Of a stretch of 64,000 nt of DNA, positions 27,071-40,063 are shown piece by piece. The notes beneath the pieces were generated by a model, which was not told where the DNA came from, searched no databases, and saw only the letters and a list, made by a program, of their open reading frames with translations. Within the stretch, counting starts at the first letter, position 1. Each line of letters opens with the position of its first letter. The DNA lies in assembly GCF_026571515.1 (NCBI RefSeq), contig NW_026863230.1:62001-126000 (forward strand), in the 5' to 3' direction. A program made the position numbers and the translations under genes. This DNA is from Ruditapes philippinarum. Taxonomy: Eukaryota.

Positions 27071-30000
27071 GTTTAATAATATTTTATTGCATATTTTGTA
27101 CATGATTAATTTACACAATCTAACATCAATATCTTAAGCATGAATATAATGTACATACAAAAGGGTTGGACCAAAAGTTATACCAACATAATCTAGGGTC
27201 CTCCCCTGAAGGTCTATCTTGTTGGCTTAATGGTAACATAGTAAGTAAATGTGGTTTTTAGAAATTCTGAGATATTTATTTATATGATAAGCGATATTAA
27301 TTTCATGTATTTTAACTGGTAGAAAAGAATCGCTTAACCTAAAAAACAAAGAAAATTACAAAATGACTTAATGAGGTAAAATGGAAAAAAAAATATATGC
27401 CATTAACAATTTGCCACTATAATAAACGCACCAAACCTTGATTTGCAGCATTATTTTAATAAACTTAATATGAAAGTAAATATAGTATATGTGTAAACAA
27501 AATTAGGTAAATCTTCTACTACTTTTGATGTAATTATGCACTTCTTGAAATAGTCTTATGTTTTCGGCTTCTGCAAGTCAGATGTCGATGTCGGTGGCTG
27601 CGTCCCATGAACGTTGTCTTTGCCGTGTTGATCTTTATTCTTGGTGAATTAAGTTTCATTCGTTTTCCATAGTCATAGAAACCGCACCTACGATAAACTA
27701 CTATAATGATGTGTATAATATCCATATTATTCCCTATCTACACAAGTACAATCAACCTAGTTTTTGTATTCTTTCAAACAAGCTCAAGATTTGTATGGAC
27801 AAATTGAATACCAGACACACATACGGATAGACAGATAGACGGATAGATGAACAATAAAATGGGGCATAATTTACATATTGTTCTTTATCAACATTTCTGT
27901 AGACCGACAGAATGACAGACAGACAAACAATCGAACGGATGTGAAAAATACATAAGTGCCTAATCTCCTTTATGCCCTTTTCACACTATGTTTCACCAAC
28001 CTAGCTTTCTTACTTTTGAGTTAAGGAAGAATCCAGATTTCTTCAGACAGAAAAATGGAATAACAGTTACACTAATGGATATAAAATATGATGTTCGTAT
28101 CAACAAATTACCTTTGTCCTTTTGAGTTTAAGCATCTAGCAGGATTCGCATTTCTTCTTGCGACTAATAAAAATGAAAATGAATATCATAATCTCATTAT
28201 TGTCCCACATCTAAATTTTATCAAAGGTTATCGGTTGAGCTTTTTGTTTGTACTTTCTGAAAGATGACTGGATCCAAATTTATTGAAAAGGGCATAATGA
28301 CGGACTGACGGTCGGATAGACCTAATGTCCCCTTAGGTGAAGCAGGTAGAAATAATATACGTGCAAAGTTTAAAAAGCATGGATATAATATTTCTATGTA
28401 TTTCTATGGTAACAAAGAGTAACAGAAACTTTCTTCTTTGTGTATTTTAAGGAAAATAATCACTGACATTATTTCATTCTTTTTAATCTTAATATATAAG
28501 ATATGATATACGAGTACAGTATAGAGTTTAAAGTTTCTACATTTGATACTGCAATTTATTTTTCTTTTACATTATATATAAATGTATTTTTTATATTAAA
28601 ATTTCAGTTTTTTAATTATTGTTGTTATAAATTTATAGTTTTAATATCCATGATATGGCAAAATGAACAAAGGCGCAATATCTTGTATAATAAGAGTACA
28701 CGGAGTTGGGTAAGATTAAACACAAATCAAAACCATTCGTATGGTAAGATATGTTTTAATAATTTAATGATTTTGTTTGGCCCACAATACTGTAAGACGC
28801 TACAGAAAATATACCTAATAAAATCTGATAATGAAAACATCAATGCACGTGAGAACATGACCTTATTTGACAGAAAAAGACATAATCGTTATTTAGTTTA
28901 AAAGAGTCTTTTGTTCAAAATTTTGCGTTGACTAAAGATACTCATAGATTATTTTGGTACATGTAGCTGCAAGACAATAACGCCATTAACAGTGCAAATG
29001 GAAACAAGTAGAAGCTACAAATCCAACCTTTGCCACTTGAAGACGGTGTTGCAATTTCTGCAGAGGTATTGGCAGCTAATGTAGACCCTTCACGTTTGCC
29101 TGAATTGGATGTATGGTCTTTCAACGTTGACTTCAAAAGACTAAGAGTAGATTGACAGCATGCTGTTGATGCTTCATTTTGTCCGGGAGAACCCGTGCTT
29201 AACTGAAATGTTGTTACAAAATGGTGAGTTGTCGTAGGATGAGGAGGACAACATTTATTTGTCTCGCATTCCAAATCATACAAAATACTTTTGAAAAGTT
29301 ACACCGATTCCCCACATGCTTTGCACAAGTAAACGAATGTGTCGTGTGGGCAGTGTGTGGAATTTTTGTTCTTTGACAAAGTTTGACATTTTGCATAATC
29401 TGCACGTATATGATAAAAAATAAAATCATAATACAAAATCATGGAAGATATGTAACAAAGGTAAGATATTATGTTACGTACTAACTGATGTACTACCGTA
29501 TATATTGTTTGCTCTCTATAAAAGTAACATTTTGCTTTATATCGTAAAATAAATCAAAATATTTTTCTTGTATCTTATCTATTTAACGAATTTCCTTATA
29601 TGGAAACGTATTCTTATTTAGGATTTTTCAGCACTTTGACATGAGTTTGTAAATTAAATCTGTCAGAGACCGGGATTTTTGTTGTTAATTTGATAAGATA
29701 TAATATGGGTGATAAGTATATAGAATGGAACAAACAATCATTAGTCTTCATAATCCTGACTATCATTGTTATTTTTTATCACGGTTTTGTCATTATGGCA
29801 AAAAATACTTCAAGGACAATTATTCTACACACTATCTGACAAAACAGAACCCATCAATATTATTTTGGCCTGAACAGAAAATGGATCTCGCTTAATTTAA
29901 ATTCGTTATTATAATAAACAACAAAATATTCTCCTACCAAGAGATCTCCCTTTATTAGTAACCATTAATTTTCAAATTAAGAGATACTGAACAAAAGATT

Positions 30001-30979
30001 AGTTTTATTAGTACATGTACAAATTACGATGTCATTATAATTTATTCAAAAATAAAAAAATCATAGAAATTAGCAAGGTAATTAAAGAAAGGACCTGCAA
30101 AAGGATAAGGGTATAGGAAAACGGGTCAAAGCTACGTGAAAGGGAGGTGACACTTTTAGCCCAAACATGTTCATTTTAAACGAGGAATCCCCGCCAAGCA
30201 AAATTCTTGCTATGATTGATATGGCTACAAGAGGTAATATTAGTGAAGCGCAGAAATGATCATGTAGATGCATTAAGAAAGTAAACTAAATGACAATAAC
30301 AAAAGTGCTTAATGTCTGAAAGGACATGTTATTGCAAAATTCTATTGCCCTCACCAGATTGATATAGTAAACGTTCTGAATGTTGCTGAATGAATGATTA
30401 GTTGTTCGAAAACAGGGCTGCGTTTCATAAAATGTCTTATGTGTATCCTAAGTCCTGGGACGTAAATCCAACTTAAGGACAAACTTAAAACCGTGGCTGT
30501 TAACAAATGATTTTATCTTCAGTTAAAAACTGTAGACTATAATTAAATTCATTTTCCTGATATATATTAAGTTAAGAAATACTACACCAGACCTTTTAAT
30601 GTGTTATCAGTATTGCTATTCAGAAATAAGAAGAGTCTTGATTTATATGAAATGGATGAAACTTACGCTGCAGATATCGCTTTCATTAAAACAACTGTCC
30701 CATCTTTTTTTCGGGTCTGTTGTATAACACCAAAGTTCATCTGAAAAGTTTGATTCACATGACTTACAAAAAATGGCTGTGCGACCTATATGAGTATCTG
30801 TAAACGAATAAATTTCCAATTTGAATGTAGTCAGTAACCGTTTTAACCATTAACCTGATGAGTTTGTATAATTGATTTGTCTTTTAGCTTATTTTCAGTT
30901 TACTTTCTGATTCTTTATCTAACTGGCTACAGAGGGAAATAATGTTCAAATATGAAACTGGGCTAACATTTTGATATAA

Positions 30980-31530
30980 AAAGTATATTCAAGTTTCTTC
31001 TATAAATACAGGATTTCTTTTCATCACGAGTAGCCACGGGTGAAATATGATAATTTTCATACCACAAGCTAAAAATAAACACTGTTTTAAAAGAAAAAAA
31101 ACGTTTTTTCGGTTTATTGTTTATAACCAAATGGATAGGAATAATTCCTTTTAAATTTTGTGTTTTGGATGAATTAAGAAGAAATTAGTCCGTCAAGACA
31201 CAAGTGAAAATACGGAAAATATATTTCACTGCAGTGAAAATATATTGCTAAAGTGAAAAAAAAATACTGCCTCCGTTGGTCGAGGGGTAAGAGTCGATGA
31301 CTTTTAATCAAGTAACCTCTCTGGTGTGGGTTCGATCCCCGGGAGATGCTTTGGTAGTTTAGCACGGAGGAAAGTAGTCTAGTACTGGTGCAACTCTTCA
31401 GGAACAATGGTTAGGAAACTACCCGCCTATATGACTGAAATGCTGTTGGTAAAAGGCGATGGAAATTAAGAATTTGCATTTTATTTCTTTAATATTGTTC
31501 AATATTTTATTTATAAGTATAAAATAGATA
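30980..31530 (-). mobile_element. Non-autonomous derivative of Crypton B, between the two kringle exons
   Basis: The left part matches the B hairpin (tattcaagtttctt...cacgagtagccacgggtgaaatatg...tttcataccac). The right part matches the B 5' end (gaagaaattagtccgtcaagacacaagtgaaaatacggaaaatatatttcactgcagtgaaaa...ataagtata). No ORF. Confidence 0.8.
31268..31470 (+). mobile_element. tRNA-derived SINE (second family) nested in the non-autonomous Crypton
   Basis: gcctccgttggtcgaggggtaagagtc (A-box-like), gggttcgatcccc (B-box), tail ...cgcctatatgactgaaatgctgttg. Confidence 0.7.
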
Positions 31531-34500
31531 AAAAGATATGGAACGTAGAAAATCTAATTTATTAAACGTACTCTACATTTTATGTTTTAACATTCTGGTC
31601 GTAGTTTGAAAGAAAATAAATTTGTTTGTTTCAATCTCCATCATTTTTCATTTATTCTGTTAATTTCTTTCACCATCACCCGAATGAAGACGACATTTTA
31701 AAGTACTTGTTTAAATTAACACGGTACATCATTTGATGTGATCTTCAATTCTCATCAACATTCGTACTTTTAATAATGAAATTGATTTGAGTTTTATAAA
31801 TGAAATTAAAATCAAGACTCGGGAGCATGGTAAGGGAGGAAGTTGAATAATTTATAAATTGCCCTATCAAGTTGAAATAACTATAAACATAACGAATATT
31901 TCTTATACTATTATGTTTCTAAAACCTTCTTATTACTTATGCAACAATAACTATTTTCATTTATATTTTCAGTTTGTTACATTATTTTGTAATTGTGTTG
32001 GCCCCAATTACCCCTTTAAAGCACACACAGCCCCTTTCCCGCCGTTCAAAATGAACATGTAGATACATTTACTTTCATAAAATACTTGTTGCCGCCAACC
32101 AATTTCTATGGTCGTATCATAATTAGTTATAGTTAGAATTCTTTTATAAACAAATATTTAATAAGAATATCCAGACAATACATTGATATTTTGTATGTAT
32201 TACTATTCGAAAAAGTTATAAAAATGTGCCCATTATAGACAAAACCACTTAACCAGTATACAATGCAGTAAACATTATTATGTTTGTGCGCTTTCTATAT
32301 TTTTTCTTACAATAATTTCTGAACAAACACTGACGACTCAATTTTGTCAAAATATAAATATTCTAAATTTTTAAAAATCTATAAATGAATACAAAGTAAG
32401 TAATGATTGTAAGTGTGGACTTACAAGTTCCATCAGCGTCTCTACAATAGTTATGAGCATCTTTTACGGAAGCGTCATTCGGGAAGTCACCGGGAATGTT
32501 TCGTGCATGTTCGTGAGGCTGTTGACTGTCCCAGCGCTGACATGTATATCCGCCCAGTGTCACGTTCAGAGTACCACTGTATGATGGGGCGTCAATGCAT
32601 TCTTCTGTACACATTTAATCAATAATAGTAACAAAGTTTATGAAATTTTCAAATAGATCTTCACTGGAAAAAATGTGATGCTTTCATTTTTCCTTAGATT
32701 TTGTTAATTATCATGATTATAATTATGTGTTTTACTGATTTTTATCCTTTTACTCTTTATATTATAATCTGGATTTAGCCGAATAAACTTATCTATATAA
32801 AATACATATAGATGATGTTTTATTGGGGGAGGTGTAAGAATGAAACCGTTTAAATAATCTAAAAACACATGATCTAAATAGACATAAGCAGGATTTTAAT
32901 CGAAAATTATTATTTTTGTATTGTCGGGTAGACGAATGTTTATCCGGTTCGCTACAAAAGTGAATCTTGGCTCGCTAATGTTTGCCGAGAAACACTTTCC
33001 CTGTCACCGAATAAACCTTCTCATTTCCGATACCAACTATGTTTTATCTACAATAAACATAATTATCTTGAATAACGTAATGTCAACAGTATATTGAGAA
33101 ATAAATATTTCAGTTTGTCTATCTTTTGATTTGTTCGATGGGGCGTAGCCCCCAAGCATTAATCAGATTGCTAAGTGTTTTGATATTCTTTCTATTTTGT
33201 ATCATAGTCAAACATACAAACACGTTCCCTGTTGTCACAAAATGAAACCCCCATAACAAGTAACCAATAAACTAGCATCTGAATATGATATTTCTGTCGC
33301 TTTCCTTTATTTGTCGTCACAATAAGTAAACCCCAGCAAAAATGATCCAATCAAAGGGCATGCTCTGGAGTGAGGGTAACTAATACCTGCACTCCAGTTT
33401 ACGTACTGTGCATGTATATAACTGTTGAATAAATTTAATGCTATGTTATGTTATTTATACGATTTATACGATTTTCAACGAAAATGTCCCCAACCTATGA
33501 TACAACTCATTAATAGTTCCTAGCTGTATTGAAAAGTAAGCAATAAATAATTCAGTTACCTACAGAAAAGCATAAAAATATATATATATATTTTTATACG
33601 ATCTATTTAATATTTATCTATTGAACCGCCTGCAGCCCTACACTAAAATAGTTCAATGATCCGCGGAATTTGTAATATTAATAATATGTAATGTGTTATA
33701 TTGTAATTAATATTTTTGAGCTCTGTTTAAAAGAAATGATGCAAGAAATAGTTTAGCTCTATTGAAAAGTGAACAATAAATATTACTGTACACTTATCTT
33801 GAGAATCATGTACATTCTTAGTAATCTACAGAAGAGCGAAAAAATATGTCTGTTACTTTTAATAAGGTACTATTAAAGTAAGTGTTTATATACGATTAAA
33901 AATCCCTTACCTCCATTTATACTAGTTATAACATAGGCAGCAATCATGGTATAAATCTGTTTCATTCTGAGAGTCATCCCTGCTGGCTTTGAAGAAAGAG
34001 AATTAGACAATAGAACTTGCCGCAGAAACTCTGTAATATATTCGCAATGGAGGTATCGTTTCTGTATGGACAATTCCAATTGGTTAGTCTATAATAGGTA
34101 TTTACTTGAATGTATATGATTTACTAGATATTGGATTTGGAAAACATTAAACTGACAATATTGTATTAAACTTCCATACAGAAATCCATAATTATTAATT
34201 ACCTTTAGAAATATCAAACATGTGTTTGATAATGTTTGATAATTGATTCAGAGCAAGTTAGATGTTAAAAAGCTAATGTGTAGTAAAGGTAGCAAAATGT
34301 TAACTTCTATACAAAATACTAACTCACTATAAATAATCGCCAACAAAGAAAAAATAAGGAGGAAAATTCCTCTATATGGAAAATGAGTATATTATGAAAC
34401 TGTTACAAGGTACCAAAAGTAAAAAAAGGTTTTGAGAAATACAAATTATATTTTTCTTGGGCATTTTGAGCCTTGGAAAGGTTTATATAAAACAATTTGG

Positions 34501-37086
34501 GTTTGCTAGCTTGTCACTTCAATGATTATCTGCATATAAAGATTAATTTCAGTTTTCTACGTTTTCCGTTTGTGTTTTTTTTATTTATAATGAGATTTGT
34601 TATTAAGCCCACAAGGCATTGTCAAAACCGGCATTTATATAAATGTTACAGTGTTAAACAAAGGGATAGTATGGTAACATTCAAAATTTTTTGTTATTGT
34701 TGTACACCAGCAGACTGGTCAGTTCTGCAAAATGTCAGAATGATTAAAGGCACATAAAATGAATCCATATCAGTACTGAAATATAAAAACAAATATTAAG
34801 TGGGGTTTTTTTTTTCTTTGTTTTTTGTTTGTTTTTTTTTTTGTTTTTTTTTTTTGTTAAAATGTCTACGTTCAGCGACAGAAATATTAATAAATTTGCT
34901 GAAATTTTCTGTCGTAGGGTATTTGACGTTGAAATCCGCGCTGGCGTCTTCGAATATTTTTATGCGAGAAAGCTATCCAGCTAGCTTACAGAACGTCGAT
35001 CGTTCTATTCAGGTGCGGTATTTGTGCCTGAAATAAAGCTGGCTGGAAAGTCGAAATATAGTGTTCGTGATTTTGAATTCTGTAGCTTTTATTACGGATT
35101 GTTGTTTGTTATCAAAAGAAAACCTCTTACATATTGTCTAATAGTTGACCATAAGCAATATGTAGATGTTTCTGTGATGACATCAATAAATTACGTAAAT
35201 CATGATAACCTTACACGTTTTGTAAATTTAATTAAAGGTAAAACTGTCCACATGTCTAAAAGTCGATTAATGCACATTAACTTAATCCATCTATTTTATC
35301 CAATTTTGAAACATATTCTTCAGTGATATTTCTTAGCCCCTTCCAACATTTCTCTTACCTACACATTTATAGATATGTCACAGTCCCATAATTTCACGAC
35401 AGAGTCTTTCATGCCTTCAAAATGTTGATCAAGTATTTAATGATCATAATGTACAAAAACAGTTATCAGTTAAATCACTTCGAATTTAAACTCTAGATTG
35501 ACATTATCATATGTAAGACATTGTTGATATTTTCAGTCACGTGTTCTTTTCTGAAATAAGATTTTTTCAGTCATATGTTCTTTGTTAAAATTAAATTATG
35601 AGTAATGTGTTCTTTGCTTAAGTGTTATTTTTCGTCATGTGTTCTTTTCGTCCATCATAGTTTCAGTTATGTAATTTTTGCTGTTATCATATTTTCAATT
35701 GGCTATAATTGTTTTCAATTATGTCTTTATTGTATTATAATATTTCAGTGATGTGATCCAGTTGAACCAACTGAAAGCTGAAGATAATTCTTTAAGTATT
35801 ATATTGAATATTTTACACAGTTAAAGGTATAATCATTCTAGATTTTAGGCTGAATGAAATTTGCTACAGTTTTCAAGTCCACATAAAGGCATAATGTAAA
35901 CTCATTTTTAGAATTATTTAAACTTTCCAGTATCTTAAAATGTGGTAGCTGAAACATTTGAAGTGAAGGAATAAGATATGATTAATCTTGTTTTTCCTGA
36001 GTTATCTACGTATCTGTAAATCAGGTTTTCTGTAACATTAATAATTATTACGTTCATTCTGTATTTCATGGTTCCTTATTTATTAATGGAGTGTGTCACA
36101 GTTGTCACTCATAGAAATATCTCTCAGTCTCACCCTTTGTTCAAACTTCTAGCATCTCATTTCCTCTGCATAATAGGCATCAATACGTAAGTATATTAAT
36201 GAATTTATATCTAACATATATGATGTGTGGCTTAAAGTGGTTATTGTTAAACAGGTTAGGATCACTCTTCACCAGGCTGTTGGTATAAGACTTTGGATCC
36301 TTTTATGTGAGTAAGCTGTCTCAGGTAGTTTACGTAAACGCTGGTTGATCTACTGGTTAATGCAACTTGAATAATGCATGATAGGATGATTTTACTAATA
36401 TAACTACGAAACTGTCATAATTATGATTGTTAATTGGTATAACTTTAAAAAAGAATCACAACCAACAAAGAAAATAACTATTGTGAAGCACCTGTTTCTT
36501 CTGTGTTTTCTGTGAGTGTGGGTATATACTTTGTTATCATGCCATTACTATGACAACTGCCTGATAAAGCCTGTCTGAGAACATCAACCTTTCTCAGTCA
36601 GTGACTTGAGAACACTTTTCCATGCTTAAACCTATGGAAAAGTCAGAGGATATCAGATTTTTCAAGCACCTCCCACTTTTTGCCGGACTACTTTCACAAT
36701 GTAAACAGCTTAAAGCATTGCAAAAAATAAAAAGATAAAACAGCCTAAATAAAACATATTTATTAAAAAAAATAATGTTACAAAAATAAATAATGATTTT
36801 TAAATGATTTAATTTTAATTAAAGGTATATTTACACAAATTCTTATTAAGATGCTTACATCTTTAAAAAACATCTTCTGCTCTTAGACATCTAAAACAAC
36901 AACAACAACAATAATATTAATAATATTAAATAATTAAAAAAAAAAGATGAATTCTTAGTAACAAAATCAGAGTAAGGACAGGAAAAAACATTAATTATAT
37001 TTACATCATTCTCAAGTTTCACAAAGATAATTATAAATAATACAAATAAGCACTTTTTAATCTTAATTTGACAATCCTTCAACTTT

Positions 37087-39387
37087 ATGGCAACGTTCAA
37101 TTTGCACTGGGATGATTTGTTGGAAGTTCAAATGATGAATATTGAAGAAATTTATGACAAGAACGAATTTAAAGTCAACACTGGTATTGATCCATCAATC
37201 TTTGATGAGGAATTTGATGAAGAAAAACAATACAATGTTACAAAGTTATTGACTGATTCTCAGCTGTCCGAGTATTCGAAGACTCCTGTTTCAACTGAAT
37301 GTCTTCAAATTCCTGAAACTGCTGCTCAATGTTCTCAAGCAGCATCTGATCAATATCCTCAAGTTGATGAAAATCACAGTGCTGTGCCTGTCCTTACTGA
37401 TGTTGCCTCTGAAAATATTAACAAAGGCTTTATAATGGTTGATATGGACTCTGTAAAGGCATTTAACGAGTCGGAAAAAAATCAGCATACAAAACGTAAA
37501 ACTAACCAACATATAAACAGGCTAAAAACTTTTCTCAAACTAAAAAACGAAACACGAGATTTCCATTCCATCCCAATGACGGAGCTGGATGAGCTTCTTG
37601 CCATGTTCCTTCTCTCCATTAAGAAAGAAGATGGAACAGACTACGAGCCGAGTAGTTTATGAGGGTACATATCTACATTTGACAGAGTTCTCCAGGAAAA
37701 TGGGTACCAATTTACCATAGCCAAAAGTTCAAGACAAGGATTTCCCCTAACAAATCAGACTAAATCGGTAATTACAATTTATTACATCTATTCAATAATC
37801 TTTTGGAAATTAAATAAATCCAGCAAAAAAGTGAATTTCAAGATACATGTATTTCATCATTATAAACTAATTCCCCCCCTGGACTTGTTTCACTTATAAT
37901 TAAAAAAAAATTGCCTGTAATGAATTTTTGCTTTTTAATTTTAAATGATCTTAATTTTCTACAAATAATCATGATATAAATCAGCTATTTTTCAAACAAC
38001 AAAATGATTAGCATGTAAATTTCAGGCAAAAACAAAAAATCTGAAAAAATCAGGTAAAGGCAACAAAGAAAATGCTGCCCAACCAATAACAGATGAAGAG
38101 ATTGACAGGCTTTATGATACCGGCCAACTAGGTCTTTCTTCACCACAGTCAATCATCAACACTTTGTGGTTAACATTTACCATACATTTCGGCATGAGAA
38201 GTGTAGAAGAACACTATCACTTATGGTAAATTTAAATGTCATCTCTATTAATTAAAAAACAGTTAATGAGTAAGATTATTAAACCTAAAAAATTAAAATG
38301 CATAAAAAACTTTTTTATTTCAAAATCACTTATCTCAAAATCTTCTAGTAACGTTTTTCTGGAACGTAAACTTTAAGGATGTTCAGAATGCCATTCAAAA
38401 TGAAATTTCATGTGGCCGAGCTTCACCGTTTCACAACCTGAAATTGGAATAAATTTATAATTTTAGTTGCATACTTAAAACTAAAAAAAAAAAAGGCATA
38501 AATTAACATGTATTTATATTAAAAATTGCACATATAAAAATATTGTTTTCAGTTGGGGCGACGTACAAGTAAAGATCGATGCGGAGGGCACTGAGTTTCT
38601 GGAACTTACAGAGCGCCAGACTAAAACACGCACTGGAGACAGCGGTGGTTCTAGGAAGGTTCCTCCACGTATGTGGTCTAGTGGAGATGAGCGGGATCCG
38701 GTATCTGCCTACAGATACTATGCGGCAAAGCGTCCACATAGATTCAGTCGGGATTCGGACCCATTTTATTTGGCACCAAGAACAACCCCACCTACAGAAT
38801 TTGACCAATGGTTTTTAAAACAGCGGGTTGGAATAAAAAAAATTGGCACACTTATGAAAACAATGACTGTAAAATCAGGCATAACACGGCACCTTACCAA
38901 CCATTCTGCCAGAAAACACACTATACAAAAGCTCATGGATTCGGACCAGGCACCTACTGATATTATGCAGATCACTGGGCATGAATGTGTACAAAGCATA
39001 ATCAATTACAGCAATATGTCTTTGAAAAAGCAAAAAACTTGCTCTAATATCTTAAGCAGATCTGCCACTTCATTGAGATCAATTAATACAAATAAATCTG
39101 CAACATGTACAAATGCTTTTTACCTTGACAATAGCACTTCTGTCCCAATGCAGTCTCCGCTGCCTGTTTTGCCATCTACACAAATCGAACCTCCTGTCTC
39201 TGCTCCAAACACTCAGTCTCAGGTAGTCAATGTTCCAACTGTTAATTACCCCACCCATTTCACTCAGGCTGGAAATGCTCCAGGTCATGTGCAGTCAATG
39301 TTTTTTGGTGCTACTGTCCATATACAGAATTTTAATATGTACAGCATGCCTCCAAGGAACGATCAAGACAGTAGCAGTCGTAATTGA
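37087..39387 (+). CDS. Crypton tyrosine recombinase (DUF3504/ZMYM-QRICH1-KCTD1-like), 3 exons, one in-frame TGA
   Basis: Exons 37087-37767, 38026-38225 and 38553-39387 (GT-AG, phases consistent). Motifs KKEDGTDYEPSSL*GYIST, GKGNKENAAQPIT, HFGMRS, WGDV, ERQTKTRTG, TNHSARK, ITGH, INYS give a complete R-K-H-R-H-Y catalytic set. Confidence 0.9.
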
Positions 39388-39913
39388 ACAGTTTTAAAAT
39401 ATTTCCGCTGAACAGCTGAGGTGAACAGGTGAACATGTGACCGAGACTCCTTCGTCCAAATCCGTTATGTTAACTGTTAAACTGTTAATTTCTGGCTAAC
39501 AGTTTGTAAAACATTGTTCTTTTTGTGTTAATCTCCTTAATAGCTTTAAAAATCACACTTGTTATCCTGTTAAAGCGCAATTAAATTCTCCAGTTTATGT
39601 CTGTTTCAGCCGGCGGCCATTTGCTAAATTTGTTGAAATGGTAATATGTTCCTACGCCAGATCAGCACTGATGATGTTTATTGTTGGTATTGTTTAATTG
39701 ACTTTGCTAAATATTTATGATAATACACAGTAAATAAATTGTTAAAGCAAATTGTACCAAAAATTGTGTTGTGTTATAAAATTATTGGTAAAAACCCTCG
39801 GACTACTTTTTTGGCGTATAACCCTCTTGTACAAAGTGGTTACCGTATTTTCAGAAATTAGCGCACCGAATTAAAAAAAAAAGATACAAAATCATAATAG
39901 TGGCATGATAAAA

Positions 39914-40063
39914 AGAATAACAGGTTACTGTCTTTTGAGAAAGGGATTTCTCAGACTCGGCTAGATATGGTCCGGAAGGGGCTCGGCAAGCCTCGCCCCT
40001 TCCAGGACCATATCTAACCTCGTCTGAGAAACCCTTTCTCAAAAGACAGTAACCTGTTATTCT
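39914..40063. repeat. 150-bp terminal hairpin of Crypton A
   Basis: agaataacaggttactgtcttttgagaaaggg...ggggctcggcaagcctcgcccc...ccctttctcaaaagacagtaacctgttattct; arms of about 69 bp, near-perfect. Confidence 0.95.

Larger units (their letters stand above)
28942..33977 (-). pseudogene. Secreted, probably membrane/GPI-anchored kringle-domain protein gene with premature stops
   Basis: Signal-peptide exon 33977-33911 (MTLRMKQIYTMIAAYVITSING|gtaagg). Kringle exon A 32604-32425 (ECIDAPSYSGTLNVTLGGYTCQRWDSQQPHEH...HNYCRDADG). Kringle exon B 30740-30667 (ELWCYTTDPKKRWDSC...DIC). An uncertain exon near 30.1-30.4 kb. Last exon 29399-28942 is Cys-rich, then Ser/Thr-rich, with a hydrophobic tail and an in-frame TAA near 29300. 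Confidence 0.75.

Noticed and set aside
28503-28901. 132-aa ORF and other Ile/Phe/Tyr-rich ORFs in the track
   Set aside because: Low-complexity AT-rich translations; the frame is not preserved in the duplicate at about 50.5-51.3 kb.
31930-32130. Extra exon in the kringle gene
   Set aside because: Kringle exons A and B join in phase without it, and I found no clean frame or splice pair.
37087-39387. Domesticated host gene (ZMYM/QRICH1/KCTD1-like) or a bacterial/phage integrase
   Set aside because: It has spliceosomal introns, terminal IR and hairpin structures, sits inside a lipoxygenase intron and lacks MYM zinc fingers or a BTB domain, so a Crypton transposon fits better.
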